Assembly: GCF_016433145.1 (NCBI RefSeq)
Contig: NC_058134.1
Span: 218,425,550-218,489,549, forward strand
Reading direction: 5' to 3'
From: Gracilinanus agilis
Taxonomy: Eukaryota
DNA length: 64,000 bases
Shown in pieces: positions 1 through 10,789 of the stretch (positions within the stretch are counted from its first letter, which is position 1; every line of letters starts with the position of its first letter). A program made the translations under genes and the position numbers. The notes under the pieces were generated by a model. The model made no database searches and was not told where the DNA came from. It was given only the letters and a program-made list of their open reading frames with translations.

Positions 1-160
1 GCGTGTTTTGTTATATATTATTATATTAATATTATAATATATAATATATCACATACTATTTATATTATATTAACATATAATGATATGGTTATATATTTTA
101 TCTATTAATTATTTGATATATATTGTTATATATTAATAAAAATAAAATAAAAAACGATAT
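1..160. repeat. AT-rich low-complexity (TA/TAT) tract
   Basis: Almost exclusively A/T, ending in a (taaaa)n run. Confidence 0.9.
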
Positions 161-184
161 GAGTTGGGACTTATTTCGCTCTTT

Positions 185-500
185 ACGTTTTGCAAAGTAC
201 TTTACAACTAGCATCTCATTTGATCCTTACAACGACCCTAGGAGGTAGGTGCTATTATTATCCCCATTTTACAGATGAGGAAACAGAGAGTGAAGGAAGA
301 TAAGTGTCTTGCTGAGGATCACACAGCTGAGAAGTGTCTGAGTCAGGAAGACCCAGGTTCAAATACAAGTACAGATGCTTACTAGCTATATGAATCTGAG
401 TAAGTCACATAACTGCTCTGTGGCATCAGGTTTGTTTGGTGTTTTTTCATCTACAAAATGAGGATTTGAGCTTGATGGCCTTCAAGATCCATCTTGATTA
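185..500. mobile_element. MIR / MIR3 CORE-SINE fragments (representative; dozens more across the window, not listed individually)
   Basis: CORE motif ccccattttacagatgaggaaac on the minus strand followed by a plus-strand head agtcaggaagacccaggttcaaat. Confidence 0.8.
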
Positions 501-829
501 AAATGTCTGATTCTATCATCCCTCCTAGCCCTTAGGTTATGATCTTATGAGTAACTGGACTACTCTGGGACTTGGGTTTCTTTGTCTATAAAATGGGGAT
601 TAAGGACTAGCTGGCCCCCTTCAGCTTCTTCCACCTCTGGGGTTCTGTGAATTTTAGTAGGAAATAATAGCGAAAGAAGGAAAATTGGCCTCGGACTCAA
701 GAAGATCCATCCAAATCCGACTTCTGACTTTTACCTGGTGTGATGGCCCTGGGTCAATCAGCTGACTCCTCCACGATTCAGGAAGCCCTGGTGAAAGGAA
801 TTTTCTCTTCTTACACAACTGAAATGATG

Positions 830-962
830 GAAGGGGAGTCAGGGGCAGGCAATGGGGGTTAAGGGACTTGCCCAGGGCCACACAGCTAGGAAGTATCTGA
901 GGTCAAATCTGAATCCAGGATTTTCTGTCTCTTGGCCTGGCCACTGACCCACAGGGCTGCCC
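830..962 (-). mobile_element. SINE1_Mdo-type SINE, partial
   Basis: ggcaatgggggttaagggacttgcccagggccacacagctaggaag...gctgcccc is the reverse complement of the SINE1 head and core. Confidence 0.8.
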
Positions 963-2084
963 CATTACAAATAATTTAAATAATGACATCTTTCACTTTT
1001 TTAAGCATAATAGACCATCTATTTCAATGAATAAAATTTGAATAAAATCCACTAGGAATGAATACCTTCTGGAGTAACATTATGGAGTCAGGCCTCATGC
1101 CTGGCAGCTATTCTCCTGAGAAAGAATTCCCTTACCTAAGACTCCAGCAAAACAAACTACTAAGAGCCCCAAAGAAGGAACTGCCTTGACAGGCCGAATG
1201 GTGGAGTGGAAAGAAACTTAATTTGGACTCACGAGACCTGGGTTCAAATCTTCCACTCAGTGTGACCCACTGGACAACTCATAGAATCTTACACTGGAAT
1301 CTAAAAGGACCCTTCATCATCATTCTAATTTTTTCCCCATCCCTCAGAGCCCCCTGAAATCTGCACATGGGCAATGGACACCCCCCCCATAAGAACTCTT
1401 GCCTTACAATAAATAATTCCCCGTTCTAAGCTCCCTCCCGTTCTTACATGCCTTATTCTAAGCCCCCTCCCGCCTCGGACACCGTCTGTTCTCTCTACAT
1501 GCCCAGGAGACGAGAAGGGCCCATATTTATTCCCGAGGCTCAGCTTTGGCCACATCCACAGAGAAGCTTTCAAACTTGTTTTTTGCTTTGACAACGCGCT
1601 GCCATCTGTCTCGACTCTGTGTGATGCAAAGTGCTTCCTGGAGAGGCTAAACTCGAGAGAACGTGTAAGTTTTCCAGGCAGAATGAAAAATGGACCTGAG
1701 CTGGGCATGATTAAGATGAGCCCTGCCTGTGAAATATTGCTGCTGTCACTAGGAAAGAGCCGCAGTGAATATGGAGGCCGTTTGTGGCTGGCCAGAAGTG
1801 ATTCCACCCTCTCCAGGGCTCGACACTCAATGAAAACGACTGTTAGCGACCATTTCTCTACCTCTACCTGCCACTGACTAGCTGGGTGACCTTGGCAGAG
1901 GCTATCTCTGCGCCTCGGGGTCTTCTCCTGTTAAAAAGAGAGGCTCAGATTAAATTATTTCCAAGATCCTTCTCCGAGTGACGTTTTGTCGTTGTGTCTT
2001 CCTGTGGCCTCTCCCAGCCCTGCCATCCCCTCCTCTAAAGCCCCTTCCAGCTCCGACATTCTGTGCTTTATGGTCGCTTCTATC

Positions 2085-2420
2085 TGTTGTTCAGTCATGT
2101 CCAGCTCCCCACACTGGAGGTTTTTCTTGGCAAAGATACTGGACTGGTTCACCCTTTCTTTCTTCAGGTCATCTTACATCTGGAACATAGTTTTGTTGTT
2201 TTTCAGTCATGTCCAACTCTTTGGGACCCTATTTGGGGTTTTCTTGGCCGTTTTGCCATTTCCTTCTCCAGCTCATTTTATAGATGAGGAAATTGAAGCA
2301 AACAGGGTTAAGTGACTTGCCCAGGGTCACACAGCTAATAAATATCTGAAGCTGGGTTCGAACTCAAGTCTTCATGGCTCTAGGCCTGCATTCGATTCCC
2401 TGTGCTACCTAGCTACCTTT
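2085..2420 (-). mobile_element. MAR1-type CORE-SINE with partially duplicated RTE-like tail
   Basis: gttgttcagtcatgtcc...ggggttttcttggc...gccatttccttctccagctcattttatagatgaggaaa; tail present twice. Confidence 0.88.
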
Positions 2421-2674
2421 CCATCTGTAACCATTTACATATCTGACAGACTAAGTCCTAGGTCTCCTCTCTTCTACCACTTTCCCCACCCACTTCCCCA
2501 CCCATCATTGATTCTTTCTCCGGGATATTCTCTTCTCTCTGCTTAATCTTGGCCTACCTCCCTGCTTTTTCCATTGTCCTTACCCAATTCCTCACCAAAT
2601 TGGAACCGATTTCCTATGCAATATCACTGCAATTCATTCAATGATTTTCAAGGGCTTTTCCCATTTCATCTAAA

Positions 2675-2770
2675 GCAGTAATTTTTTATTTTTTGTGTGT
2701 CATAGATCCTTTGGGTAGGCAGCCTGGTAAAGCATGGCTCCCTTCTTTTAAATGCATAGCATAAAGGAAA
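2675..2770. mobile_element. Possible ancient hAT-Charlie MER-type fragment
   Basis: tgtgtcatagatcctttggg..cagcctggtaaagcatgg resembles old MER/Charlie internal sequence from memory; no TIR or TSD seen. Confidence 0.35.
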
Positions 2771-5058
2771 GAAGGAACCCTCCTCGAAGCATCAAGATTT
2801 TGGGGATACGGAATGGTCAGCCAACTAAGTGACACCCAAAAGCATTAAACCTATTAGCCAATATTTCTCGTTCACCAAGAACTAAGCTTCTGACCTAAGC
2901 CTCTATCCGACCTAAAGGTTAGAAATTTCTTATTAGCTCCCCTGTTTAACATCCAACTGCTTAACTCTATTCATTCCCATAACATTTTAGAGGATGCCCT
3001 TCCGTTACATCGATCCACTAGGGTTTTCACTGACACAGAGCAATTTTTATAAGAGGCAGGATCAAGGCCAGCTTTGGAACCAAAAAGAACTGGGTTTAGC
3101 TATTCCCTCAAATAAATACCTACTACCCAATCTGTAAGACCAAAGGAAAATTACTTAGCCTCTCAGTGACCACCCACCCTCCTTCCTCACTCTGTACAGA
3201 TAAGAAGTCAATACATAGGTGAAGAGGAGAAGTTCACTTCAAAGAATTCCATACACTAATGAAACTAGAAGTATTGATTCCCCCCACAAAAAGGAATGAT
3301 TTCTAAAAATGTCATCATCTTCCTCCTTTCTGCCATCAGTCAATAATTATCAAAGCTCTATTCTTTGCTCAGCAACGCATTAAACCTCCTGAGGGACACA
3401 GAGGGAAAAGGAGCTAGAGTGGATTCAAGGGAGACGAAGAAAGCAATGGGTTTCAGGTCCAAGGCCCTTCACTTTGAGTCCTAGTGCTGTGAAATGAAGG
3501 GGCTTCCAGCTTTAAATCCTCTGAGAGAGTTTTCACATTTACAAATGTCTTGCCCTGAATTACTTCAATAGGCTTGGGCAGTACCAGCAGAGAAATGATT
3601 TGTCCAAGTTCCCAGGGCTGGGGAGGGTCCCCTAAAACTCAGATGTGCTGACTCCATTCAAATCCGGTGCTCATTCCTTTATAACAGAGACTCTTATGTC
3701 CTGGGCAGTGTGGGGAATCCTGTGGATAGATCCTTTTCTAAGAATCATCTTTTTAAATCTATAAAATAAAATAATAATAGCAAATATTTTATCTTGACCA
3801 TTAAGGTTTGCAGAGTTTATACATATGTTAATTCATTCTGACCCCCACAACACACCTTTGAGTTAAGGGCTATCCTTAGCCCCATTTTCCAGATAAAACA
3901 GGGAGAAGTTACGTGACTTAGTAAGTGTTTGGGGCAGACTTCAGAGCCTTCTAGCTGCCCACAAAGGATTACAAAATAAGCCAATTTTACTGAGAGATAG
4001 TTATAGGTCGATATAGATATAGTTCTCTTTCTTTCAAACACACACAAATGGTTGAAAGTCAAGGACAGTAGGCTATAGATCGGGAGGGAAAGGACCTGGG
4101 TTCAAATCCTATGTGGTTTAATATTTGTTTGCCTGTAGGCAAATCTCTGGGCCCACCTAAGCCTCAATTTCCTCATCTGTAAGAGGAAAGTGTGGACTTA
4201 ATGACTTTTAAATCTATGATTCTACAAACTATCTTTCAGAGACCTCGACATAATCTGGTAGGATTGGGAAAGGGAAGGGGAGATGATGAAAACACACTTT
4301 TGTTCTCTATGTGTTTTTTGGTAGGGGAAGTGACCAAAAAAAGAAGACGAAGAAAAAACTTTAGAAACTCTCATTTGTGCAAAAAATAAAAAATAAAACT
4401 TTACAAACTTAAATTGTCCCCCACTACCACCACCACCAAAAAAAAATTAAAAAAATAAAAAAAAAAGGGTTTCCCCCATTCTCTTCTTTTCCATGTAAGC
4501 TGGAGTTGTTGAATAATCGGCCTCTATAGGGTGGTGCCTTGGGTTCTAACACGCATCGCATCACTCACTTTGGCTACTTTTTCCACATCTGTCTGTGCAT
4601 CAGGTCTCCCGCCCGCTCCTTGCGCAGGCGCACATGGCGAGAGGTCACCTATCGGGTGAACCAATTTCCCAAGATAGGAAGGGATGACATACTATTCTCA
4701 TTCTCCCCTGTTTCTCCAAGTTAGTACAATCGAGATTCTGACCAATCAGAAAAGTGTTCGTCACTAATAGCTGTGTGACGAGCCTGACGATTCTTTACTG
4801 GGGACTCAAAATTAAGATAGGCAATTGGGTGGGGGTGGGGGTGTGTTCGCCGTCCTGAAATGGGCGGGAATGATTGATGTAAAATATTGACCATTCATAC
4901 AAGGAGTTATCTTGATGAGCAGCCTCGTTGTCGAATGGAAATGAAGTAGAAAGGTTCCCGCCTCACGTAACCCATAGGTCCTACCCCAGCACGCTTACCG
5001 GCGCACTCGCTAGCCAATGGGATGCCTACACCAGGCGGCTGTGGGCGGTCCTGGCGTC

Positions 5059-5089
5059 GTTGCTAGGGAGGCGTGGTTGCTAAGGTAGC
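5059..5089. promoter_or_regulatory. Two tandem RFX X-box-like sites
   Basis: GTTGCTAGGGAGGC (5059-5072) and GTTGCTAAGGTAGC (5076-5089) versus GTTGCCATGGCAAC; RFX control of IFT genes is established. Confidence 0.72.
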
Positions 5090-5151
5090 AGCCGTGGAGG
5101 AGGGGAACACTGGACACGGATCCCGACCCCTCCTGGGCCCCCGCGGTGATC

Positions 5152-5185
5152 ATGGTCAAGCTGGCAGCCAAGTGCATAATGGCAG
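5152..5185 (+). CDS. IFT27: IFT27 coding exon 1 (MVKLAAKCIMA-G)
   Basis: ATG at 5152 in context gtgatcATGG; donor G|gtgagc at 5186; phase 1. Confidence 0.97.
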
Positions 5186-6439
5186 GTGAGCCTGGGACCG
5201 AGGGGGAAACTAAGGCACAGAGAGGGCCTGGATCTAAGCTGGAGCCCAATCCCCTCCTACAGAGAGGGAAACTGAAGCACGGGGAGGTCATCCGGGGCTC
5301 CCTAGGATCAGAGGACCCACGTGTCTTGTTTTGCAGGACGATGAGACCCTGGAAGGGCTGGGGCCCCTTGTTCACTCAGGATGTGGGCATCCTGGAGGTA
5401 ATGTCACAAGCAGCTCTACTATGTCTTTGTTGTGTGACCCTGGGCAAGTCACTTCCCCTTTCTGTGCCTTAGTTTCCCCACCTGTAAACTGAAGCTAGGC
5501 TGGAAGACCCAGACCCATTTCGGGTCCCAGGGTCCCATTTCACTTCTCTCAGCAAAATGAGATGAACCCCCTCTCCGTCCACCCCAGGGCCTGAGCCTCA
5601 GTTTCCTCACTTTGGTTTAAAAAGCCAAAAGGAAGAGGTTGGACTGGATGCTGTGAGAGGACCCTTCCAGCTCTAGAGCTGTGATTTCAAGTGTTAGGGC
5701 CAGGATTTGATTCCCAGGTCTGTGACTTCAGGGTTGACACTTCCCTGCCCCTCCCATCTGACAGGCTCCAAAACTCTTTAGCTGGCTGGGACCTCAGAAG
5801 CATCTGGACTAGTGCTATTGCTGCAATTCAGTCCAAGCATTTATTAAGCACTTACTGTGTACTACTCTCTCTGCCTGCATTCCATTTATTTATTTGTTTG
5901 CCTATTTAGTTACCTCTTTACCTATTTATTTGGGGGCCTCTGCTTTCTTCAGGAGAGGGTACTTCTGGGGCACAGTTCCCTCTCCCACCAGCACCTTCCC
6001 TGTAATTTATCACCTTGGAGCTAGGAATTACGGCCCAAGTTGGCAATGGTAAGAATGGATCAGCCAGGATCTAGGTGGCACAGTGCTAGGCCTAGAGACA
6101 GGAGGTCCTGGGTTCAAATGTGACTTCAGACACCAGCTGGGTGACCCTGGCCAGGTCACTTACCCTTCATTGTCTGCCTCCTGCCCTTCTGTCTTAGAGT
6201 TGCTTCTAAGTCAGAAAGTAAGAGTTTTAAAAAGTAAATAAAAGAATGAACCAGCCACTGGCCTACTCAAGTTGCCATTCTTGGTGAACATATAGTTTAG
6301 GCTTCCTGGACCCTGAGGATCGACTGGGCCCCTCTCCTCATTTTACAGAAAGGCCTCAAGAGGGTTACTGTGGTGTAATGGAAGGAACACTGACTTAAGG
6401 TTCAAATTCCAGCTAGCTTATTTACTACCTATGTTATTG

Positions 6440-6640
6440 TTGTTCGGGCCTTCATAAACCCATTTGGGGTTTTCTTAGCAGATACACAAGTGATTTGCCA
6501 TTTCCTTCTCTAGCTCATGTTACAAATGAAGAAACTGAGGCAAACAAGATGAAGCAACTTGCCCGGGGCCAGATTTAAACTTAGGTTTTCCTGACTCCAG
6601 ATCTGGCACTTTATCCACTGTGCCACCTTAGCTGCCCTAC
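6440..6640 (-). mobile_element. MAR1-type SINE
   Basis: cccatttggggttttcttagcagatac..gccatttccttctctagctcatgttacaaatgaagaaactgaggc. Confidence 0.85.
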
Positions 6641-8743
6641 TAGCTATGTGGTCTTTGCGAAATCCCTGGTCCGCTCTGAGTTTCAGTTTCCCCTCCTCTA
6701 AAATAAGAGATCTGGACCCAGCCCTGTGCCTGAGGTCTAAGTCTGTAATCCCAAGACATCATGTGGGCAAGGAACAAGTGAGAGCCTTCAAACCCAAGTC
6801 CTCAGACTCCAAATTCTGCTCACTCCTGGAGAAGCAAAGACAAAGTTTGTGCAGGAAGAGGGAGCATGTGGCCAAGGTAGTCAGGAAAAGGCCTGGTGTG
6901 AAAGGTGGCCACTCAGGCCTGCATCCAAATCCCCTTCTACAACTGCTTTTCCTCTCTGCTTGAAGACTTCAGCGACAGAGAACTTACTACCCACCAAGGC
7001 AGCCCAGTCTATTTTGGAACAGCCAGAAGAATGAAGGAGTTTTTCTTTAACCCACCCCCCCACCCGGCCCCATTTCTTTTGCTCTTAGGAAAGATCCCTG
7101 ATTTAAGGGTAAAAATCAGGATTTGAACTTGGCTCCTTGGATTCCAAAGTCAGCACTTTTTCCTCCACACCAGGCTTTCTACATGTAGAACTTTAGGGCA
7201 AGAAGGGGCCCTGGCATCTTTGATGAGAACTGGAAGGCCCTTAGAGATGGAGTACAGTAAGATTGGGTGACCTGCCCACATCCCACAGAAAGGACAGTGG
7301 TGACAACACCTGAAGCCATGGCTGCCACCTCCAAGGTGACTCCTCTCACACACACCCCCCCTTACTCCCACAGCCATCATCCAGCTGGCTAATATTGAAT
7401 AGCCGGGAGCTAATGAGAGCCAAGTCTTTAAGTTAAAGACAGTCATCCTTCTCACCAACATGCCCCACCCTTGCTAGCTTGGAAGCACCTCATCTTTCAT
7501 CCTCATTGTCCCCGGCATTTTCAACATTTTGCCCATCTGGAAAACAAGGGGTTCGCCCCTTAATGATGTCTGAGGCCTTTCCAGCTCCCTACAAGAATAG
7601 CAGCCCTCTGAGGGCACAGACTTTGGGTCGTCCTCAGTGTTCTCTGTTTCTCCTGGCCAGGTGCAAGGCACGCAGCAGACCCTGAATTGATAAATATACC
7701 TCCAAAGAATCAAGTACTTTCCATCCTAACAAGCAAACATTAAGTTTATCATTTAGTACAGGGGGACGGCTCATCCCCAATTAACTGACCAATCTAAGAG
7801 ATGTAAAAGAAAGAAGACTAGGTAAAAGGATCGTGGGCAATCTGAGGAGGGAGAAATCTCTTTCATCTGCTGGAAAGCAAGGAAGAGAAGGAAAGGAATC
7901 AGAAAATGCTCATGGAGGAAGTAACCCTGGCATTGGCCTTGAAGGAAGGGACATTCTTGGGTTTGGGGCCTGGAGGCCATTGCAGATGGGAGGGGCTAAG
8001 TACTGAGTTCTCCTTTTAGGAGGCTGGCAGAGGGTTAAATACTTAAATTTGTAATATGGGGATGATTCTAGTGACCCCACCCCCACCCCATCATCTCCCA
8101 GGGTTGTGAGGATCAAAGAAGATAATAATAATCATAAAGCACTTAGCACAGTACCTGGAACATAGTAGGTACCCTGTAAATGCCAGTTATTATTATTATA
8201 GAGCCCTTAGCTATTTCCAAAATGTTTTCTTTGATATTCTCTGAAATAATTGCATTAATGGCTCCACTTCACAAGTGAGTTAACGGAGCCTTAGAAAGGT
8301 TCAGTGATTTCCCCAAATCACCCTGACAGGAAGTGTCAGAGCCAGGATTTATCATCATTCCAGTGCTTTTATTCATTTGAATCCTGGTCTCTCCTGACTC
8401 TGAGTCTGGACAGGGGTGGGGGAGCAAACAAGGAAGCACAATGACTCCCTCACAAGGGGACCATTCCATTTTATTGATCCAGATGGGCCTACCTGGCCCT
8501 TCCATCCTTTGATTCACATAAGACTTGGCTAGATGAGGAAGAGCAAGGAGTCTGTCCAGGATGGCATGATGGGAAAGAGGGAGAAGGAGGAAGAGGCATT
8601 GAAAAGTAGAAGAGACAGAGCATCCAAGTGGACCCTGAGTCTGGAGGATGTGGGATTAAAGACTGCCTTCCAGTAACTGTCTCCCTGACCAAGTCCATTA
8701 GCCTTGCTGACCTCAGCTATAAAGTGAGGAAGTTGGGCTAGAA

Positions 8744-8953
8744 CAGTGATGGTGAACCTCTTAGAGATTGAATAACCAAACTGCCACCCTCACACCACAT
8801 GTGATCCCCTCCCCCTTACCCCAGACAGGGGAGGGAGGAAGTGCTCCCACTGGGCCACTGGGCAGAGGGGCAAGTGATGTCCTCAGGCATGTGTGGAGAG
8901 AGGAAGGGGAGCAGCCCCCTCCAGCATGAGTTTCCATAGGTTTGCCAACACAA
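8744..8953 (+). mobile_element. hAT-superfamily MITE, family A copy 1
   Basis: Left TIR cagtgatggtgaacct, right TIR aggtttgccaacacaa; 8-bp TSD ggctagaa (8736-8743) / ggctagat (8954-8961); homologous to 14053-14240 and 30815-30996. Confidence 0.88.
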
Positions 8954-8999
8954 GGCTAGATCAGTCCTTAAGGCCCTTCCGGCTCGAAATCTCTGCTCC

Positions 9000-10100
9000 T
9001 ATGAGAAGGCATAAGCAAAGAGGGATAGGCAAGGGGTACTTTGTGCTGAATAGGCCATTTGACTAATGGAGGGAGCAGCAAGAGATGGAGTTGGCCACAT
9101 CCTTTATAGACAGGTTGGAGAGTGTCTTAAATGCCAGGCACAGAAGTTATAGAGGCAACAGGGAACGTTTGAAGAATGTTGAATGGTGGAATGGCTTAGG
9201 CAGAGTGGTGTTTCAGGAAGATGAGTCTGGCAGGGACAGACAGGGTGGGAGGGAGGGAGGAGAGGCTGAATAAAGGGAGGACTGTGAGGTTCTTTGAGCT
9301 GTCCAGTAATGAGGCTCCAAGGCCTGAGCCAGAGTGTTGGCGCTGCTAATAGGAAGAAAAAGATAGACGGGAGATTTTTGTGAAGAAAGATTTGACAAGG
9401 ATTGGTGCCTAATTAGGCTTTAGGGAATGCAGGCTGGGAGAATCAAAGATGACTGAAGTTTTGAGTTTGGGGTCATTAATGGAAATGGGCAAGTCAGCAG
9501 AAAACAGCCATTTTTCTGGAGAGAAGCTGCATTTAGTGATTAGGGTTCTGATGTGTTGAAGTGCAGAGGAGAAGGCCTGACATCTAAGAGGAAATGGCCA
9601 GCAGGCTGGTGGGAATGGGGGATTGAAGACAGGGCTAAAGATAAAGAGTGGGGGGTCAGCTAGTTAGACCTGGGCAAGATCTGAGCTCAGAAAGGGAAGA
9701 CTAGATAGTCTGGGACCAAATCTTAGTGAATCCAGAGGGCAGGATGAGAAACCCAAAGAAACAGAATGAGCTGCCTGCCGTGGGGATACAGAAGGCATCT
9801 AGGTAATGTTGATCAGAGCATCCACCTCAGAGGCCATGTACCCCAATCCCACCCTCCTCCCTTTGCACAGATGAGGCCTGAAGAGGTTGTTCAAGGTCAC
9901 AAAGGCAAGGAATCACCAGATGAGATTTGAACTCAAGTCCTGTGACATCAAAACCAAGGGAAGAGTTTCAAGGAATGCCAGGCGTTGAAAGGAGATCAAA
10001 GAGGATGATGATTGAGAACAGGTATTTGATGAGGAGGAGATCAGATCTTTTGAGCCTTGTCACCAGAATTGGTGACAGGGTGAGGTGGGGTGTTCGGTTT
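9000..10100 (-). mobile_element. Degenerate L2 LINE fragments
   Basis: Purine-rich L2-antisense signature (ggagaatcaaagatgactgaagttttgag..); minus frame ISSANTLAQAL resembles the L2 ORF2 C-terminal motif. Confidence 0.65.
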
Positions 10101-10789
10101 TCCCCTTTTCTCCAACTAAGGTCTGAGAGGGCTTATACCTACTTAGCAAGAGAAATTAGTTAATATGGGAAATTAATTAAGATTATAATAATAAGTTGGG
10201 AATTAATATAGGAGGAAGCTACCAGATAGTGACTCTTCCTCCAGCATTCAGGCCCCTGATGAGCTGTATCCTGCTTTCTCTAGCACCTCCCTTACCCCCA
10301 TGATGGCTTCCTTCCCCAGAAGCCTGGGGTCTCTGTCTGTAACTCCCTCCCAACATGAACTGATTTATCTTGAAGTTTATTTAAGGATGTGATTCATGTT
10401 TTGTCTTAGCCACCAAAATTGCTCATTGTGGTAAATTGTCAATCCCTCTTCCCTCTGTCAAATTATGCCTCTCTCATGGTAAAGATGCTACCCACATTCA
10501 GAGGAAGGACTGCAGGAGAGGAAACATATAAGATAAACAATTGCTTGAATGCTGAGGCGGACAGGAATGGGAAATAGACCCTGAACAAGGACACATGTTA
10601 CAACCAGTGGAAATGTGCGTTGGCCATGGGTGGGGGGAGAGCAGGGTGTGAAGGGGAAAGTAGGGGCATAAAGTATGTAAACAGGTTAAAAACGAATATT
10701 AATAAATGTCTAATAAAAAAAATTATGCCTCTCTCTCTGAATCATAACACAGCTCAAACCTCCAACTTCAGAGAGCCCAGAAGACTAGA

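Larger units (their letters stand above)
4490..5330 (+). promoter_or_regulatory. CpG-island promoter of IFT27
   Basis: Sharp rise in CpG density around exon 1. CCAAT boxes at 4661, 4742, 5014 and ATTGG at 4824; GC boxes at 4609, 4862, 5043; NRF1-type TGCGCAGGCGCA at 4621-4632. Confidence 0.88.

Noticed and set aside
1325-1807. 160-aa minus-strand ORF
   Set aside because: Partly SINE-tail derived; no homology recognised
2760-3030. Possible NUMT (G-poor, C-rich strand)
   Set aside because: No mitochondrial tRNA, rRNA or protein sequence recognised in the frames examined; more likely a decayed LINE or unique DNA
1-4480. PVALB terminal exons
   Set aside because: No EF-hand coding sequence found; the gene presumably lies upstream of the window
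5017-5088. Upstream ATG in frame with IFT27 (23-codon uORF ending TAG at 5086)
   Set aside because: The ATG overlaps the CCAAT box and probably lies upstream of the TSS; the in-frame stop excludes an N-terminal extension
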